Below, piece by piece: positions 39,022 through 53,396 of a stretch of DNA of 64,000 bases (its first letter is position 1; the number at the start of each line of letters is the position of its first letter). The position numbers and the translations under genes were made by a program. The notes below the pieces were generated by a model, which had not been told where the DNA came from, did no database searches, and saw only the letters and a list, made by a program, of their open reading frames with translations. Source of the stretch: Octopus vulgaris (taxonomy: Eukaryota); NCBI GenBank assembly GCA_951406725.2, contig OX597818.1, forward strand, positions 103,974,001 to 104,038,000. Direction: 5' to 3'.

Positions 39022-39457
39022 AATGAAACTTAGTACATACACATATAACTTACAGACACCCCAACACATATACGTACACACACACACATACCTATATATA
39101 TACATGCATATACATGTATATATATGTGTGTGTGTGTGTGTGCATGCATGTGTGTGTGTAAGAAATTAAGTTGAGCATGCACAGAAAATATATTAAGATT
39201 ATTTAGAATCGAATTGTAGAATATAGGAATTCATTTTATCATTTTCACATTAGATTACATTTTCAAAAGTGTATAGTAAATAATCCTAATATATTTTCTG
39301 TGCATGCTCAACTTAATTTCTTACACCTCATATGCATGCACACACACACACACATATAAAGACATGTATATGCATGTATATATATATATGTATGTGTGTG
39401 TGTACGTATATGTGTGGGGGTGTCTGTAAGATATATGTGTATGTACTAAGTTTCATT
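39022..39457. repeat. Long inverted duplication (arms about 180 bp, spacer 71 bp)
   Basis: 39022-39205 is the near-perfect reverse complement of 39277-39457. Confidence 0.9.
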
Positions 39458-39859
39458 TTTTTCGCAAATATGTTTCATCAGGTAGAACATTGAGCTGAGG
39501 GCTACCAGCCCTACGTCTGTCCCACTTCTTTATTCTGAAATTACCAGCTGAGGTTCGGACCGGTTAAAGTGGACTTATATACTGCAATGCTGACAATATA
39601 TATATTTACATATTAGAAATTCATTTAATTGGTATTTTATTATTTGAAATATATTGCTAGTAATGGAATAGTAAATGAGCACCTTTTTTTGTAATGTCTT
39701 CGTTGAACTACACGTATATGTATAAGATATTTATATGGAAGACTAAATCACAAAGAAGTTTTCTCGTCCATTTTTTATATAATTCGTATTTAGTAGAGTG
39801 ACCTCTCGTTTTTCATTTTACTCTGACTTCAAATACAAACAGCATATCTGACACACACA

Positions 39860-39970
<111 letters not shown>

Positions 39971-40990
39971 CTAGTGTTTCAAAGCATGTACATACATGTT
40001 CGTAAGACTCGATGAGACTATGCATTTATGCGTAGAATAATTTTTGGCATCTAGTGTTTTTTAAATTTTATATATGGTGAAAAAATACGCTTTGCATAGT
40101 ATACTAACCCAGTGCAGTCATTCTTATCAATAATATCAAATCGGAGCTCATTTAATAAATAGTTTACAGAGGTTTAGGTTTAATATTAACACTAATCCTG
40201 AGTGGGTGGTGAAAGTCGTAACATTTTAATAACGAATATTTTTTTTTTTACTTATTTTCTTTTTTTACATAATATTCTCTGAAAATTGACATGAATTAAA
40301 ATTTGCATTTCTCTGGCTTTGATACATCAAATATCAGTAATGCTATGATATTTAGAGTCTTCCATTTGTAATTCCTCTCAAGTTTCCATTAATAGCTGTA
40401 GATTATCAAAAATCTCAAACAACCACCAACAAAACCGATTTAAGTACATCGACATTATGCAATTTATAAAAAAAAAAAATAGTAAATAACATATCTACAC
40501 AGTTCCTTTTAGTGTATTATCTTACTATTTTAAGTGTCATTAGTATCTGCAATCTAATTTTTACATTTTTGTTTTAGGAATTCGCGAAAATGAATTATTG
40601 GAAATCTCAATACTTTCTCCGTTGCAACCACTTGTGCACAGCAGCAGACTATCTGGTAGAACTCTGTTAGGTAATTGACAAACTTAATGGTCCTATTTTG
40701 AATATTATTAAATACTATGAACATTGTAAGCACATCAGGACATTTGGCTTCTCATACATTGGTCTGCATTTGGGTGTCTAGAATAACCTATGTATGATTA
40801 TGAAGATAATTAACAATAATCAATCTTATTAGCTGGCTTATACAAATATATTGCGAAATTCTATGCGTTTTGGTGGTGCTGTGAATAATTATATTTGCTC
40901 CTTCTTTCCTTAGATATATGTATGTGTTTGTGTATGCTTATAGATATACACATGTACGTATGCATGTATACACAGAGACGCACACACGTG

Positions 40991-41068
<78 letters not shown>

Positions 41069-41092
41069 CGCGTGTGTGGGTGGAGAGAGAGA

Positions 41093-41385
41093 GAGGCGCA
41101 ATGGCCCACTGGTTAGGGCAGCAGACTCGCGGTTGTAGGATCGCGGTTTCGATTCCCGGACAGGGTATTGTGAGTGTTTATTGAGTGAAAACACCTAAAG
41201 CTCCATGATCTCCGGCAGGGGGTGGTGGCGATCCCTGCTGTACTCTTTCGCCACAACTTTCTCCCACTCTTTCTTCTGTTCGCCTGCTCGCTTAGCCAGC
41301 AGGGTGGAGGCTAAAACAATGCGACGCGCATTGTGACCAGCAATGTGTAACAACATCTGATGGCCTAGTCGGTCACGGGATCAAG

Positions 41386-41389
<4 letters not shown>
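41093..41389 (+). mobile_element. tRNA-derived SINE family S3
   Basis: Head GAGGCGCAATGGCCCACTGGTTAGGGC..GGTTTCGATTCCC, shared with 52986 and 20348. Confidence 0.85.
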
Positions 41390-41455
<66 letters not shown>

Positions 41456-41463
41456 CATATGTG

Positions 41464-41494
<31 letters not shown>

Positions 41495-42083
41495 CGTGTG
41501 TGTGTACACGCTTATATCTATATGTTTATATACATACATGTATCCGTGTATAACTGGGTACATGTAGAGTGGGTAAGAAAACAAACATTGGATAGCACGA
41601 CACATTGGTAATTTAAGTATGACGTACATAATCAGCAGTGTGATCAGAATCATAATGCGCTGGTACTTCATCATTGTGAGGTAGTCCAGAAGTAGAGTCG
41701 CAAGAAGTACGATGGAAATTGAGGTGGTAGAGAAGTATAAAGACAAACAAAGTTCAAATGTCATAAGAAGTGCGTTTTCATGGAACATGGCATATCGAAG
41801 CCATATCAAGCTATTGAGTCGTATATTTCAAGCTTTCAAAATCCGTGTAATTTAACACGTTACATATTTGTAAAAAGGTAGCATAGCTTCACTATTACAC
41901 CTGCTTGCCTACTATGCAATGTTATATGAACTTTTATTCCAACATTAGAACCAGATGTAAATTTATGACATGATTGCATCATGTAAATTGTATCTGCAGC
42001 TTTTTTCTTATAGAAAGATTTTCTATGTAGGTACATATTTCTATACATGAATATTTGCCTGTATGTATGTATATATATACATA

Positions 42084-42126
<43 letters not shown>

Positions 42127-42269
42127 TTTCAATACATATATATATACACATATATATATATCCATATATACATATCATTCTTGGGAGGTCAAAGGAATAT
42201 ATATACACTATATATATATTATATCATAATATATCAAAACATATAATATATATACATATATATATATAG

Positions 42270-42338
<69 letters not shown>

Positions 42339-42901
42339 GTATATTCTTGTATGTATACACACACACACTCACTCAAACTTATAGATATATATGGTCATAT
42401 TTATGTGTATGTACATACATACATAAATGTATATATATTGTATTATTTATTTATTCATACACACATACACACACACGCACGCACGCACGCACACACACAT
42501 ACACACACACACACACACACACATATACATATATATATATATATATATACATACATATATATAACAGAGGATAGGAATTCCTTCAAGAGGTTGTTAAAAT
42601 ATTCAATTCATTGGTACGTCAGTTAAATACCACATAAATATGGGTATGATACAAATAACAAACAATCAATTACGTAGAAAGATACAATTGACTCTTTAAT
42701 AATTTAGTTATATTATAATGCATTGTAATATAATATACAAATCAGTTCTGTCTGCCAGTTTTCTTTTTGTGCGCTTATAACTCGATTATTGTTCATCTGA
42801 TCGTGCTGAAGTTTTAAACATGGATACATGAGCAATCTAAAAAGATTTTCAAAATTGTCAGTTTCGCAGTGAGAATCACTATTTTTGTAATCCTTATGAC
42901 T

Positions 42902-44173
42902 TGTCCATCGGATGATTAAAACTTTCGTTTTTATTTTCATTCGAAACTACTTTTACCTATCCCGTTGTTCTTGCAACTACGTCAGTGAAAATCGAAATGA
43001 AATACTTAAAGCAACAGTCGTCAAATGAAAAAGCCAAAAAACCTTTAATTGTTTCAATATCATTTGCAATATTCACTTTGGAGATAAAACAGCGTTCAGT
43101 ATGACGTATAGGTGTCAACATGACGAATGTACTATGGGAGAGTGCATTCTGTTTATCCTAATTCACATCAATTTAACACGTAGGTTCATATAGATTGCCT
43201 TCCTGCCAACTACACTGTATACGTTACTTTTTGTCCGGTTTCTTCCGCCATCGTGTTCATTAACCGACGTTCTAAACAATTCATTTCTACGTTTTCACAT
43301 TTAAACGACATATATATGTAAATAAGGCTTGTTATTTGTAAATACACTCTCATTTTGATTTAAATATTAGACCACGAACAACTGTATTCATTTCTCCGTT
43401 TTCCCACGTTTGTAACGGCTAAAAAAGCGATATCACTCTAACTTTCATTCATTGTAATCAATCACGTGCATTCCCGGTCAAATTTGTTCTTACGGCTGTT
43501 TTTCGTGCAATAAACCATCTGACATGAAAAAACTACAAGGAAAAGTTATTTACATTAATTGAGTAAAAAAGCGAAAATAAAGAAAATAAATAACTGGTGA
43601 TTCCTCAATTTTCTGAAGATATTCTCAACAAAATTCAATAGAAAGTAAAAGATATTAGTTGATTGCTTATAAAACGTGAGAAATTTGGTGGGGGCTACAT
43701 CTAAAACCTTGCCTAACGTTTCTCATCCAACTTAAAAAATTAAGCGGTATTGTTCAATTTTTGAGATAAAATTCATTTGCGAAGGACATGCCTTATGCAT
43801 ATTGTGTTATTTCACCCACGAGTTTCAACTCTTTGTGTGTCAGATTTTAACAGAAGAGAGACTACCCTAAGCATTTTTGTGCCTTTATTGAGAAAAGGTT
43901 TCTGCTAGACTGTCCATCGGGTGATTAAAACTTCGATTTGTACTTTTATTCGAAACTAATGATACTGATCCCGTAGGTCTTACCAATACGCCAGTGAACA
44001 TCCAAATACAATACATAAAACAACAGTCGTCAAATGCAAAATACAAAGAACTGTTTATTGCTTAAATATCACTTCCAATATTCACTTTGAGATGAGATAA
44101 AACAGCGTTCAGTCTGACGTAGAAGTGTCAACATGAGGTATGTACTATGGACGAGTATATTGTGTTTATCCTA
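42902..44173 (+). repeat. Diverged direct repeat of about 260 bp (42902-43160 and 43911-44173)
   Basis: Shared blocks TGTCCATCGG, CAACAGTCGTCAAATG, GAGATAAAACAGCGTTCAGT and GTTTATCCTA. Confidence 0.85.
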
Positions 44174-44499
44174 ACGTGGAAGTGTTTGAGTGCAAAATGT
44201 TTAGGGTTAATTATGTCCGATTCCACTAGAAGTTGTATATATTGTGGGCTGAACAGCTTTCCTTCATTTTATTGACTTCATGACAATTTTGAAAAGGTTA
44301 ACTCTGTTAAGATTCACTATCAATCAATTTACCATATTTACAAGTAACACTCAACAGTTTTAACGTCTCAGGAATCTTTAATGCCCTAACCAAAATTAAC
44401 AACCCATACAATCACCAAGCATCTCCACAATTTAACACCGTCCAAGTTAAGCTCTTCAGCTATACAAACCGTCTAATGGACGGGGTGGGGCTTTGCAAG

Positions 44500-45042
44500 T
44501 ATAATATAATATAACATAAAAATCATTAAAAAACCAAAAAAGACAAACAATTTATATCGACTTATATACGTTATTTGATTTATGAACAAGTCACTTAACT
44601 TATATATGACTCATCCAAGATATGAATTATAGGTACATGAAATTCCATGGGAAAGAGTGCTAGTTTGTAAAAAAATGTTCAAATACGTAGGTATTATGAG
44701 AGTGAGTGTTAACATGTCCACTACATAGCAATTACAATTAAAAAGCAACAAAATTATGACGGACACAATAATTAAGAAATGGAAACTACAACTATCGAAA
44801 TATATTTCTATATAGCTAGAATAATGTTAATCCAAACTCCTTTAGGTTGAAGGCAATCTTTGGCTTTTATAATAACATACAACAACAATATATAGGTATA
44901 TAAAGTAAGTGTCAGGTTCTTATTTAATCAAAATATTGTAATGAAACGTGTGATAAATATAAATGATTATGTAATATCATATTGGTAACATATAACAATT
45001 ATTCTCTTTATTTAAAATTATTGATATATTAAAGATAGGCTA

Positions 45043-45106
<64 letters not shown>

Positions 45107-45700
45107 GTGTATAAGTATATGGATGTAGAAATCTGTGTATAAGTATATATGTATGTGTATATATATATATATATATATATAATCATTTGTATATATGTAT
45201 ACATATATATATGGATGAATATGTGAAGATATAGATATATATATATTATATATGTGTTTATATGTTTTTGTGTGCGTGCCTGTGTGTGTATGTGTGCGTA
45301 CGTGCGTACTGTATATGTGTGTGCGTACGTGCGTACTGTATATGTGTATGCGTGTGTGTGTCTGTGTGTGTATTTGAAGTTTTATCATCTTAAACCATAT
45401 AATAATGTTGAATATGGAAAATGAAAATGTTTATGAATTAATTCAGAATTTTGACTCTTTCTAGTGCAAATTATTGTAGTAAACTGTAAAATGCATCATT
45501 AAATTAATAATTTAATATAAATTACTTATTACAAGTTAGATGTATACGAAATAATTATATATACAAATACATTCATTTAATTAATTTATAATGATAATGA
45601 CAATAATATCAACAACAAAACCAACAGCAACAATGACAAAAGAAACAATACCAACAATAACAACATCATCAACAACAACAACAACAACAACAATAATAAC

Positions 45701-45771
<71 letters not shown>

Positions 45772-46480
45772 CATAGTGTTATTTGACTTACTAACTCAAT
45801 TTGATAACCACAATATTTATTATTATAGTATCGTATAGTTTATAACTTGTATTCTTATTACAACAATATCATTGTGTTACTTCTGAAACAATTAATAAAA
45901 TTTGGATATATACTATTTATAGTCTTGTATCTAAAAAATAATATTAATTATATTTATCGAGGATCTGTTATCTATCGTTATTTTGCTTATATTACTTAAA
46001 ATTATTTACTGAATTCTCACTTCCATAATATACGAATATAGGGACATTTACTTGTCAGTTACTGAGAATAATCCGTATTTCAGTAATTTCAAATCTGGTT
46101 ACTTCTAAAGAAACTTGTAATATTTTGATATGCATTATTAGAGCCTAACTCTATATCTATGGGGGTAATATAGGTTGTAGCTATTGTAGTTTATCTTCAT
46201 ATCTATAACGGAATTCTCCCGCCGATAAACTAAATAAATAAATAATTTTTTTGCTAGTTACTTTTTGTTAGTTACTTTAAACTCTCTCACTCATAATACA
46301 TAGACATTTGAATTATCTGCTTTTACAATCCAACCATCCGTTCGCACGGCATTTTGTCTATCTTTAAACCATAGCTCTGATGAGACTTATATAAGTGAAC
46401 TGAATTGTTTATAAAACAAATAATCTATATAAGTCAAAATAAATGATTTTTTAATGTTATATTATGTCATATTTTTAACA
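44500..46480. repeat. Old inverted pair (about 44500-44830 and 46150-46480) with a decayed hammerhead-like motif
   Basis: 46377-46439 reads CTGATGA GACTTATATA..TATATAAGTC AAAA. The minus copy at 44617-44555 reads TGGATGA GTCATATATA..TATATAAGTC GATA. Flanking CTCATAATA blocks also align. Confidence 0.6.
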
Positions 46481-47069
46481 TAAATAAATATTTAGATTAA
46501 TTGCATATTTCTATTTATTGTTTGACATATATATATATATATATATTTATATATGTATGTATATATATATCTAAATGTATACACACAAGCATACACACGC
46601 AAACACAAACACACACACAGACACACACAGACATACACATGTATATATATATGCATTATAAATGAACAGCATAACCAACATATATAAGAAAAACAAATAC
46701 ATCTATGCAACACACTGCAAACTTTCGCACAGAAGTAATTTGCAGATAAATGATACCAGGAGATACCTTGCATAGTGACATGCATATACCCTATTGAAGG
46801 ATCTTAGAACTCCATTAGTTTCAGATCATCAAATGCACACATACCACTCAGGCGAATTTCAGATTTAGCACCCAAGAATTATCCATCTTAGAAGATATGA
46901 AAATTAGAAAAGCGTCAAGAATCAGGCAAGGCAATGATAGTATGTCCTCAACAAGTTCAGTGACATAAAATATATATTTCTCACGGATCTCATAACTCTA
47001 TCTTTTGATATTCTAGCTATCTATTGTAAATCTTCTTTTAGTAAGGCATTAGACTTGAAGATATTTTGG

Positions 47070-47620
47070 CTTCAAAGTTTGGTACGATTCCAGTAATTTC
47101 CAGTGGTGTGGCAGTTCGATTACATCAACCTCAGCACACAACTGGTACTTAATGTATCGACACCGAATGGATGAAAGGCAATGTCGACTCGGCATTTAAG
47201 ATCAGGAAAAAATGCCGCTATACATTTTGTCCGGAGTCGTAATGATCCATCTAGCTCACCCTCTTAAACGTGGAATAAATATTGATTTCAAGTTTTTGCA
47301 CAAGGCCAGCAATTTATTAGAAGAAAGTAAGTCGATTAAATTTATCCCAGTTCTCAGCTGGTACTTATTTTATCGATCCCAAAATGTATAAAAAGCAAAG
47401 TTGACCTCGGTCGAATTTGAACTCAGAACGTAAGAACGGCAGTTAAGTAGAAGTATTGATTTCATGTTTTGGCACAAGGTCATCAAGTCAGAGGACAGGG
47501 CTAAATGGATCGCATCGAACCCGCCGCTCAACTAATACATTTTTATCGACGCAGTGTGGATGAAATGAAAAGTCTACCATGGCATAATTTGGACTCAGAA
47601 CGTAAAAACGAACGAAATAA
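47070..47620 (-). mobile_element. Three tandem decayed SINE S2 monomers
   Basis: Repeated TTGGCACAAGG / CTGGTACTTA / GAACTCAGAACGTA-like blocks. Confidence 0.7.
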
Positions 47621-48111
47621 CTTATGATAACTTAACTTTACCATAATTTATCTGCAGAGAATGTATAATAGAAATTTTTTGCTTTAAGTATAGGACTTTA
47701 CCAAACGGCATATGCATCGTCTGTGCAAGTTACCGTTATTTATGCGGAAAATAATTTCATAAGAAACAGTGTATGAATTAAAAAGGTGTACAATTCACTA
47801 GAATTTTCACCTACGACACACCACTTGCAAGAGAAAACATACGCAATACATATAAGGTAAACGGGATTACGTAAGTCAAATAATAACTTCTTTTATCGCT
47901 TTTCTGTAGGTAACACTTATTTGACTTCTATATAAATTACATTTCTGCTAAAACAACAGCATTTTCATGACGAATAGCTTTCTATGAATTTATACAAAGA
48001 TTCAGTTGTCAGCTATGCATTTCAGATGGCGTTATATACTGGTTAAGCATATAAGTTCAAGGCAAGGTGAAAATCGTAAATAATGAATTCAACATTTCCA
48101 CTTTCAATTCA

Positions 48112-48165
<54 letters not shown>

Positions 48166-48726
48166 GAAGGTTGAAGTTTTGCCTTAGCATACTAGTCTGA
48201 AGCACTAATTTACCTAGTTGTTTACGCCTGTAAACGTCTGCAAGCTACACTGGACGTTTATTCAGATATAACTAAATTAGAACATGGTTTGTAGACACTT
48301 GAGATATTTATATAAATTGATTGACTCAAATTAAGAGACAGTAAATATTTCAAATGAAGATGGATAAATTTAATTATCAATCTGAATCACGATGCTTTGG
48401 AACCATTTGATAACTACAAATCATTCAGCTGACTTAGAATGTTTTATATGAATGACTTTCTCATTGTTTTGGTTAAGGTGTAAAGAAGGAGATTACCGAA
48501 CACGCACAGAAAATAATTTAGTTCCGTTATTGCCAAATTCAGTATTAAGTTATTGTAAATTTGCACTGAGATATTGATGTCTAAAGTTATGGCAACACCA
48601 AAATATTATGCTTATATCATGGACTTTTTAATCGTGCAATTGTTTCTCTAGCATGAACACTTGTTCTCATAGAGGGCGATATTTTGGTGGTTTGTAATTC
48701 ATCTTCCATGTAAATGAAAGACATCT

Positions 48727-49122
48727 CTCTTTTACTTGTTTCAGTCATTTGACTGAGGCCATGCTGGAGCACTGCCTTTAGTCGAGCAAATCGACCTCAG
48801 GACTTATTTTTTGTAAGCCTAGTAATTATTCTATCGGTCTCTTTTGCCGAACCGCTAAGTTACGGGGACTTAAACACACCAGCATTGGATGCCAAACGAT
48901 GTTGGGGGACAACCAGGCACACCATCATATACACACATACATATAAATATACATATATACGACGGGATTCTTTCAGTTTCTGTCTACCAAATCCACTCAC
49001 AAGGTTTTGGTCGACCCGAGGCTCTAGTAGAAGATACCTCCCCAAGTTGCCACGCAGTGGGACTGCACCCGGAACCATGTGGTTGGTAAGCAGGCTGCTT
49101 ACCACACAGCCACTCCTACGCC
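48727..49122 (-). mobile_element. SINE family S1
   Basis: Reverse complement of 3291-3710. Confidence 0.85.
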
Positions 49123-50403
49123 TATATCTGTAAATTTGCTTTTACAGTTTTCTTTGTGTATAATTGTATAGATGCTGTGTTAACATATGACCTAATGACG
49201 GCGGTGAAAGGAGACAAACTTTTAAGCCAGACGACCAATTTTTTTGTGTTATTTCTTTTGGGGTTCGATAAAATATAGTACTAAGCAAGTAGTGGGGTCG
49301 GTGATTTTGTCTACTCCCATTTGACAAAGTCGACATCATTGTGCCAAAATTTGGAAAAATATATAGTTGCAACAAGATTGATTTTTGGCTTCAATATTTA
49401 TCCATTGCTTATGGTATAAAAAAATGAGTATTGTGCTAACACTAAATATTCAACGCGACAAAGACGCTATATTTGATGGATACACATTGTGGCCTTCGCT
49501 TTTGCCCACTGGTTATCATATCATTGGCATATGCTGTCTTTGTCTCAATTACGTTTGAAAATGCTGACATTTTAAAATTAACTGCCATTATCCAGCTGGT
49601 GTTTAAAACATGAATAAAGATATTTAACCATATGTTTTTAATCTAGATCATTTTAAAACAAGAAATTTTACGACAGAACCTAAAGCAATATCAGGCGGTT
49701 AGGTATCAAAAGTGTTAACAAAATTTGTGTTATTTTGTCGCATGCTATTTTCTAATTCCGTTATAATTAGCTTTGCTTTTCATCATTTCGGCGTCAATAA
49801 AGTATGTCAGAAATATTTTTGTAGATATGATTGATTGTATCCAGCCTTCAAAACGTGTGCTCTTGTACCGATTAATATCAATATCATTATAAATTAATAT
49901 TATTTTTTAGGCGTCTTGCTTTTTGCGTGCTTTCAATCTATAACTTATCAAAGCCATATGCTTTCTATATATATTCAGTGTTTGCTTCTTGTTTCTATTT
50001 TTTTAAAACTACAGTGTATAATATAAGTGCATTCTCTGTTCGTAAAATACTAAGAAATTATTTACACATTCACCAGTATACTGACTTAATATTCCTAAGA
50101 TACTTGTTTTTAAAGGAGCCACTTCAATCTGCACTTTCTAGCATTGTCTATCTCCAGATATTTGTATTTTGATATATTCTTCGCGAATTTTCACACAAAT
50201 AGATTGAATAAAACCGGAATCATTGCTTCGTCGATAACTTCATGAATCACTTTCTGTCCAACATACTATGAATCTGGACGCTTAATATTAGGGGCATTAG
50301 TCATTTGGGAATATTTTGATAACTACATATACCGTCTGATTTATGTGGGCATTATATAAGTTTGGAATCATTACCGAATAGGAAAGCGCCAGCGCTGTTT
50401 CAA

Positions 50404-50560
50404 ATATGGAGTGGTTGTGTAGTAAGAAGCTTGCTTTGCAACCACAGGGTTTCGGGTTCAGTCTCACTGAGTGGCACGTAGGACAATTGTTTTCTGCTAT
50501 AGCCTCGGGCCAACCAAAGACTTGAGAAAATTTGGTAGACGCAAACTGAAAGAAGCCCGT

Positions 50561-50658
<98 letters not shown>

Positions 50659-50891
50659 TGTGTGTCTGTGTGTGTGTCTTTGTGCTTGTATTTGTCCTCC
50701 TCCACCACCGCTGAACAACCGGTGTTGGTGTGTTTACATCTCTGTAACTTAGGGGTACGGCATAGGACAGCGTTACAATAAGTACCAGGCTTAAAACACA
50801 AGTACTGTAGTCAATTCATTCGACTAAATATTTAGGGTGGTGATCCAGCATGGCCACAGTCTAATGACTGAAACAATTAAACGATAAAAAA
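50404..50891 (+). mobile_element. SINE family S1
   Basis: Same head, internal TA/TG tract and tail as 3291. Confidence 0.8.
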
Positions 50892-50982
50892 TACGCACAC
50901 ACAGACATATGTTCGTGAATACACACAAACTCACATAGACTAACACACGCGCACGCACACACACGCACACACACACACACAC

Positions 50983-51033
<51 letters not shown>

Positions 51034-51261
51034 TTTGCAATCCAACACTTCTCAGCCGGTGTTGACGCTTTTCTGTTCTATGATCCGGGCAGTCGTAGCA
51101 TCACTGCAAAAACATGCAAAGAAGGGTAACATTATTCATAGTCTTCTGTACATAACTCTTTTGAATACAGAGGTGGAGTCTCTAGTAATAGCACAGCAGC
51201 GGGAAGTTGTTGGTGTTTTGGTAAATGCGCAGTCCGGAGCAAGTCCGGCTAGGACATCAAC

Positions 51262-51361
51262 TATTTCATGCATAATACCCTGTTCAGAAAGTTTATTTCA
51301 TGCATAATACCCTGTTCAGAAGGTTTATTTCATGCATAATACCATATTCAGAAGGTTTATT
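51262..51361 (+). repeat. 32-bp tandem repeat x3
   Basis: TATTTCATGCATAATACCCTGTTCAGAA(A/G)GTT at 51262, 51294 and 51326. Confidence 0.9.
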
Positions 51362-52985
51362 GAAGCTCTTGTAAATCCCCGTCTATTGAACGTTTTTTTA
51401 TAGATTTAGCCATCATTATTTGGTGACTGTTATCAAAGCACTGACCTTTGTTTCTTTATGTTTAATCTTAATCAATTTAACTACAGAGTTACTTACTCGG
51501 CGGTGAGAGACGTTTCGTGTCCCGCATTCGATCCATTGTCTCTGCCACTTCCATAACCCATTCCATAGCTCCCGTATGTACTATGGAGATCAAACTGCAG
51601 AATATGGAAGAGAAGAGAGGTATCGGTTCGTAACTAGGGCTTCAGATGTTAGTATACAGGTAGGTTAGTATATATGTAAAGTGTCCATAGCGTTAAAAGT
51701 ACAAGAGGTCTAGCAATAATATACACAGGCATGTCAGATGGGTCGCACTGCAGCATACAGGGAAGATGCATATAAATGCATTAAGCTGTATGTGATATTA
51801 CTAGACAAAGAGATGGGTTACTTTGAGGTTGTGGATGGGGTAGCCTATCTCCCCAACAAAGTAATTTAGAGGCTCGAGCTTTAACGGTAAAACACTTACT
51901 GCTCTTATCATTTACAACCGCTTGACAATCGGGCCCCTGCACTAGTTTATGTCTGGCAATATTGCCTAGTAGTATGAATCACCTGTTTTATATAAAAGCG
52001 TTTCATTGGCCATGTTGTCAATCTGCTCTCAGCACGCACAATATGATGAACAAAAAATGCCCTGAAGCTGCAATATTAACAAAGATTCTTAAACGGCAAG
52101 GAGCTGTTTGAGTCCTTCCTCATGTTTAATTTGCTTTCATTCGTCCCATTAATAGAGTTGTAGTCTTGACCAAGCGAAGATTTAGACTAGGTTACTAGCA
52201 AATGGAATGATGTCAGCCGCGCATCACCGTCTATTAGTTGGGTAATGAGACCTGTGGAAGACAACTTCTACGGTGGCATTCCGCATAAGAATAGCGGGGA
52301 TAATTACGATATTTACGCGGAAGAAATAAGATACTTAATGAAACAAGATGGTTTTCATTATCTAGAAAATCTACAAACCAGAAATCATACTTGGCTTAGA
52401 TAATTAAAAAAAATTAGCACCTTGACTTTTCCTATTTGAGACATAATCTGCAGTTACAGAATTTTGCCGCTGAGGCCTTTATCAGACGAATGTAGGTTAA
52501 TAAACCTGCTCTGCATGCATTCATTCTACATCTCAATATTATTAATTTACGTATATTTTGACTGGGGGAATGTCGTCACAAATAGGGTGGATTCGGTTAT
52601 CGAGCAAATCTTAAATATCGGCAAGTTGCAGTTCTTCTGCATAAAGCTTGTGACGAAAGACGTTTCATGGCCGTCGATGAGACTGTAAGTACTGAGAATA
52701 GAAGATTTCCAAAGGCTAGGAGCAGCGAATGTCCTAATGTTTACATAAAGACTTTTTAGATGTAATAAAACTGACCAAGATGGCATGAAAGATATGCCCA
52801 CTGTACCGAAACGGCTGAGGATCATGACACGACACTTAACAAAAGACGCATGCCTCAGTTGCCAGGTTACTGATGTCGTGTTGAATTCCTTTGATTGGTG
52901 CATGGCAGCTACCGATTCTGTGTGGCAATTTTTGTTCGATTTTACTTTCTTTTAATAGTTACCGTTCTGTTATACGTAAACCTAT

Positions 52986-53270
52986 GGAGGCGCAATGGCC
53001 CAGTGGTTAGGGCAGCGGACACGCGGTCGGAGGATCGCGGTTTTGATTCCTAGACCGGGCGTTGAGTGTGTTTATTGAGCGAAAAATCACCTAAAAGCTA
53101 CACGAGGCTCCGGCTCTTTCGCCACAACTTTCTCTCACTCTCTCCTCCTGTTTGTTGAGTAACGCTGCGATGGACTGGCGTCCCGTCCAGCTGGGGAGAA
53201 CACATACGACACAGAAACCGGGAAACCGGGCCCATGAGCCTGGCTAGCCTTGAAAAGGGAGAGGTTTACC
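52986..53270 (+). mobile_element. Chimeric SINE (S3 head and body, tail X) with 12-bp TSD
   Basis: ATACGTAAACCT at 52972-52983 and 53274-53285. The head matches 41093 and the tail matches 1096. Confidence 0.85.
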
Positions 53271-53396
53271 GTAATACGTAAACCTCATTTTATGTGGTAT
53301 TCCATTTTTTCTGCCCCATATTTATACATGGAGTCCTTCACACTGCTAGTAATAGTTGTGTGAATTTGCTGCAACTGCAGAGGTAGTAGGAGACAC

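Noticed and set aside
51262-51361. CRISPR-like array
   Set aside because: The 32-bp units are contiguous with no spacers, the context is eukaryotic and there are no cas genes.
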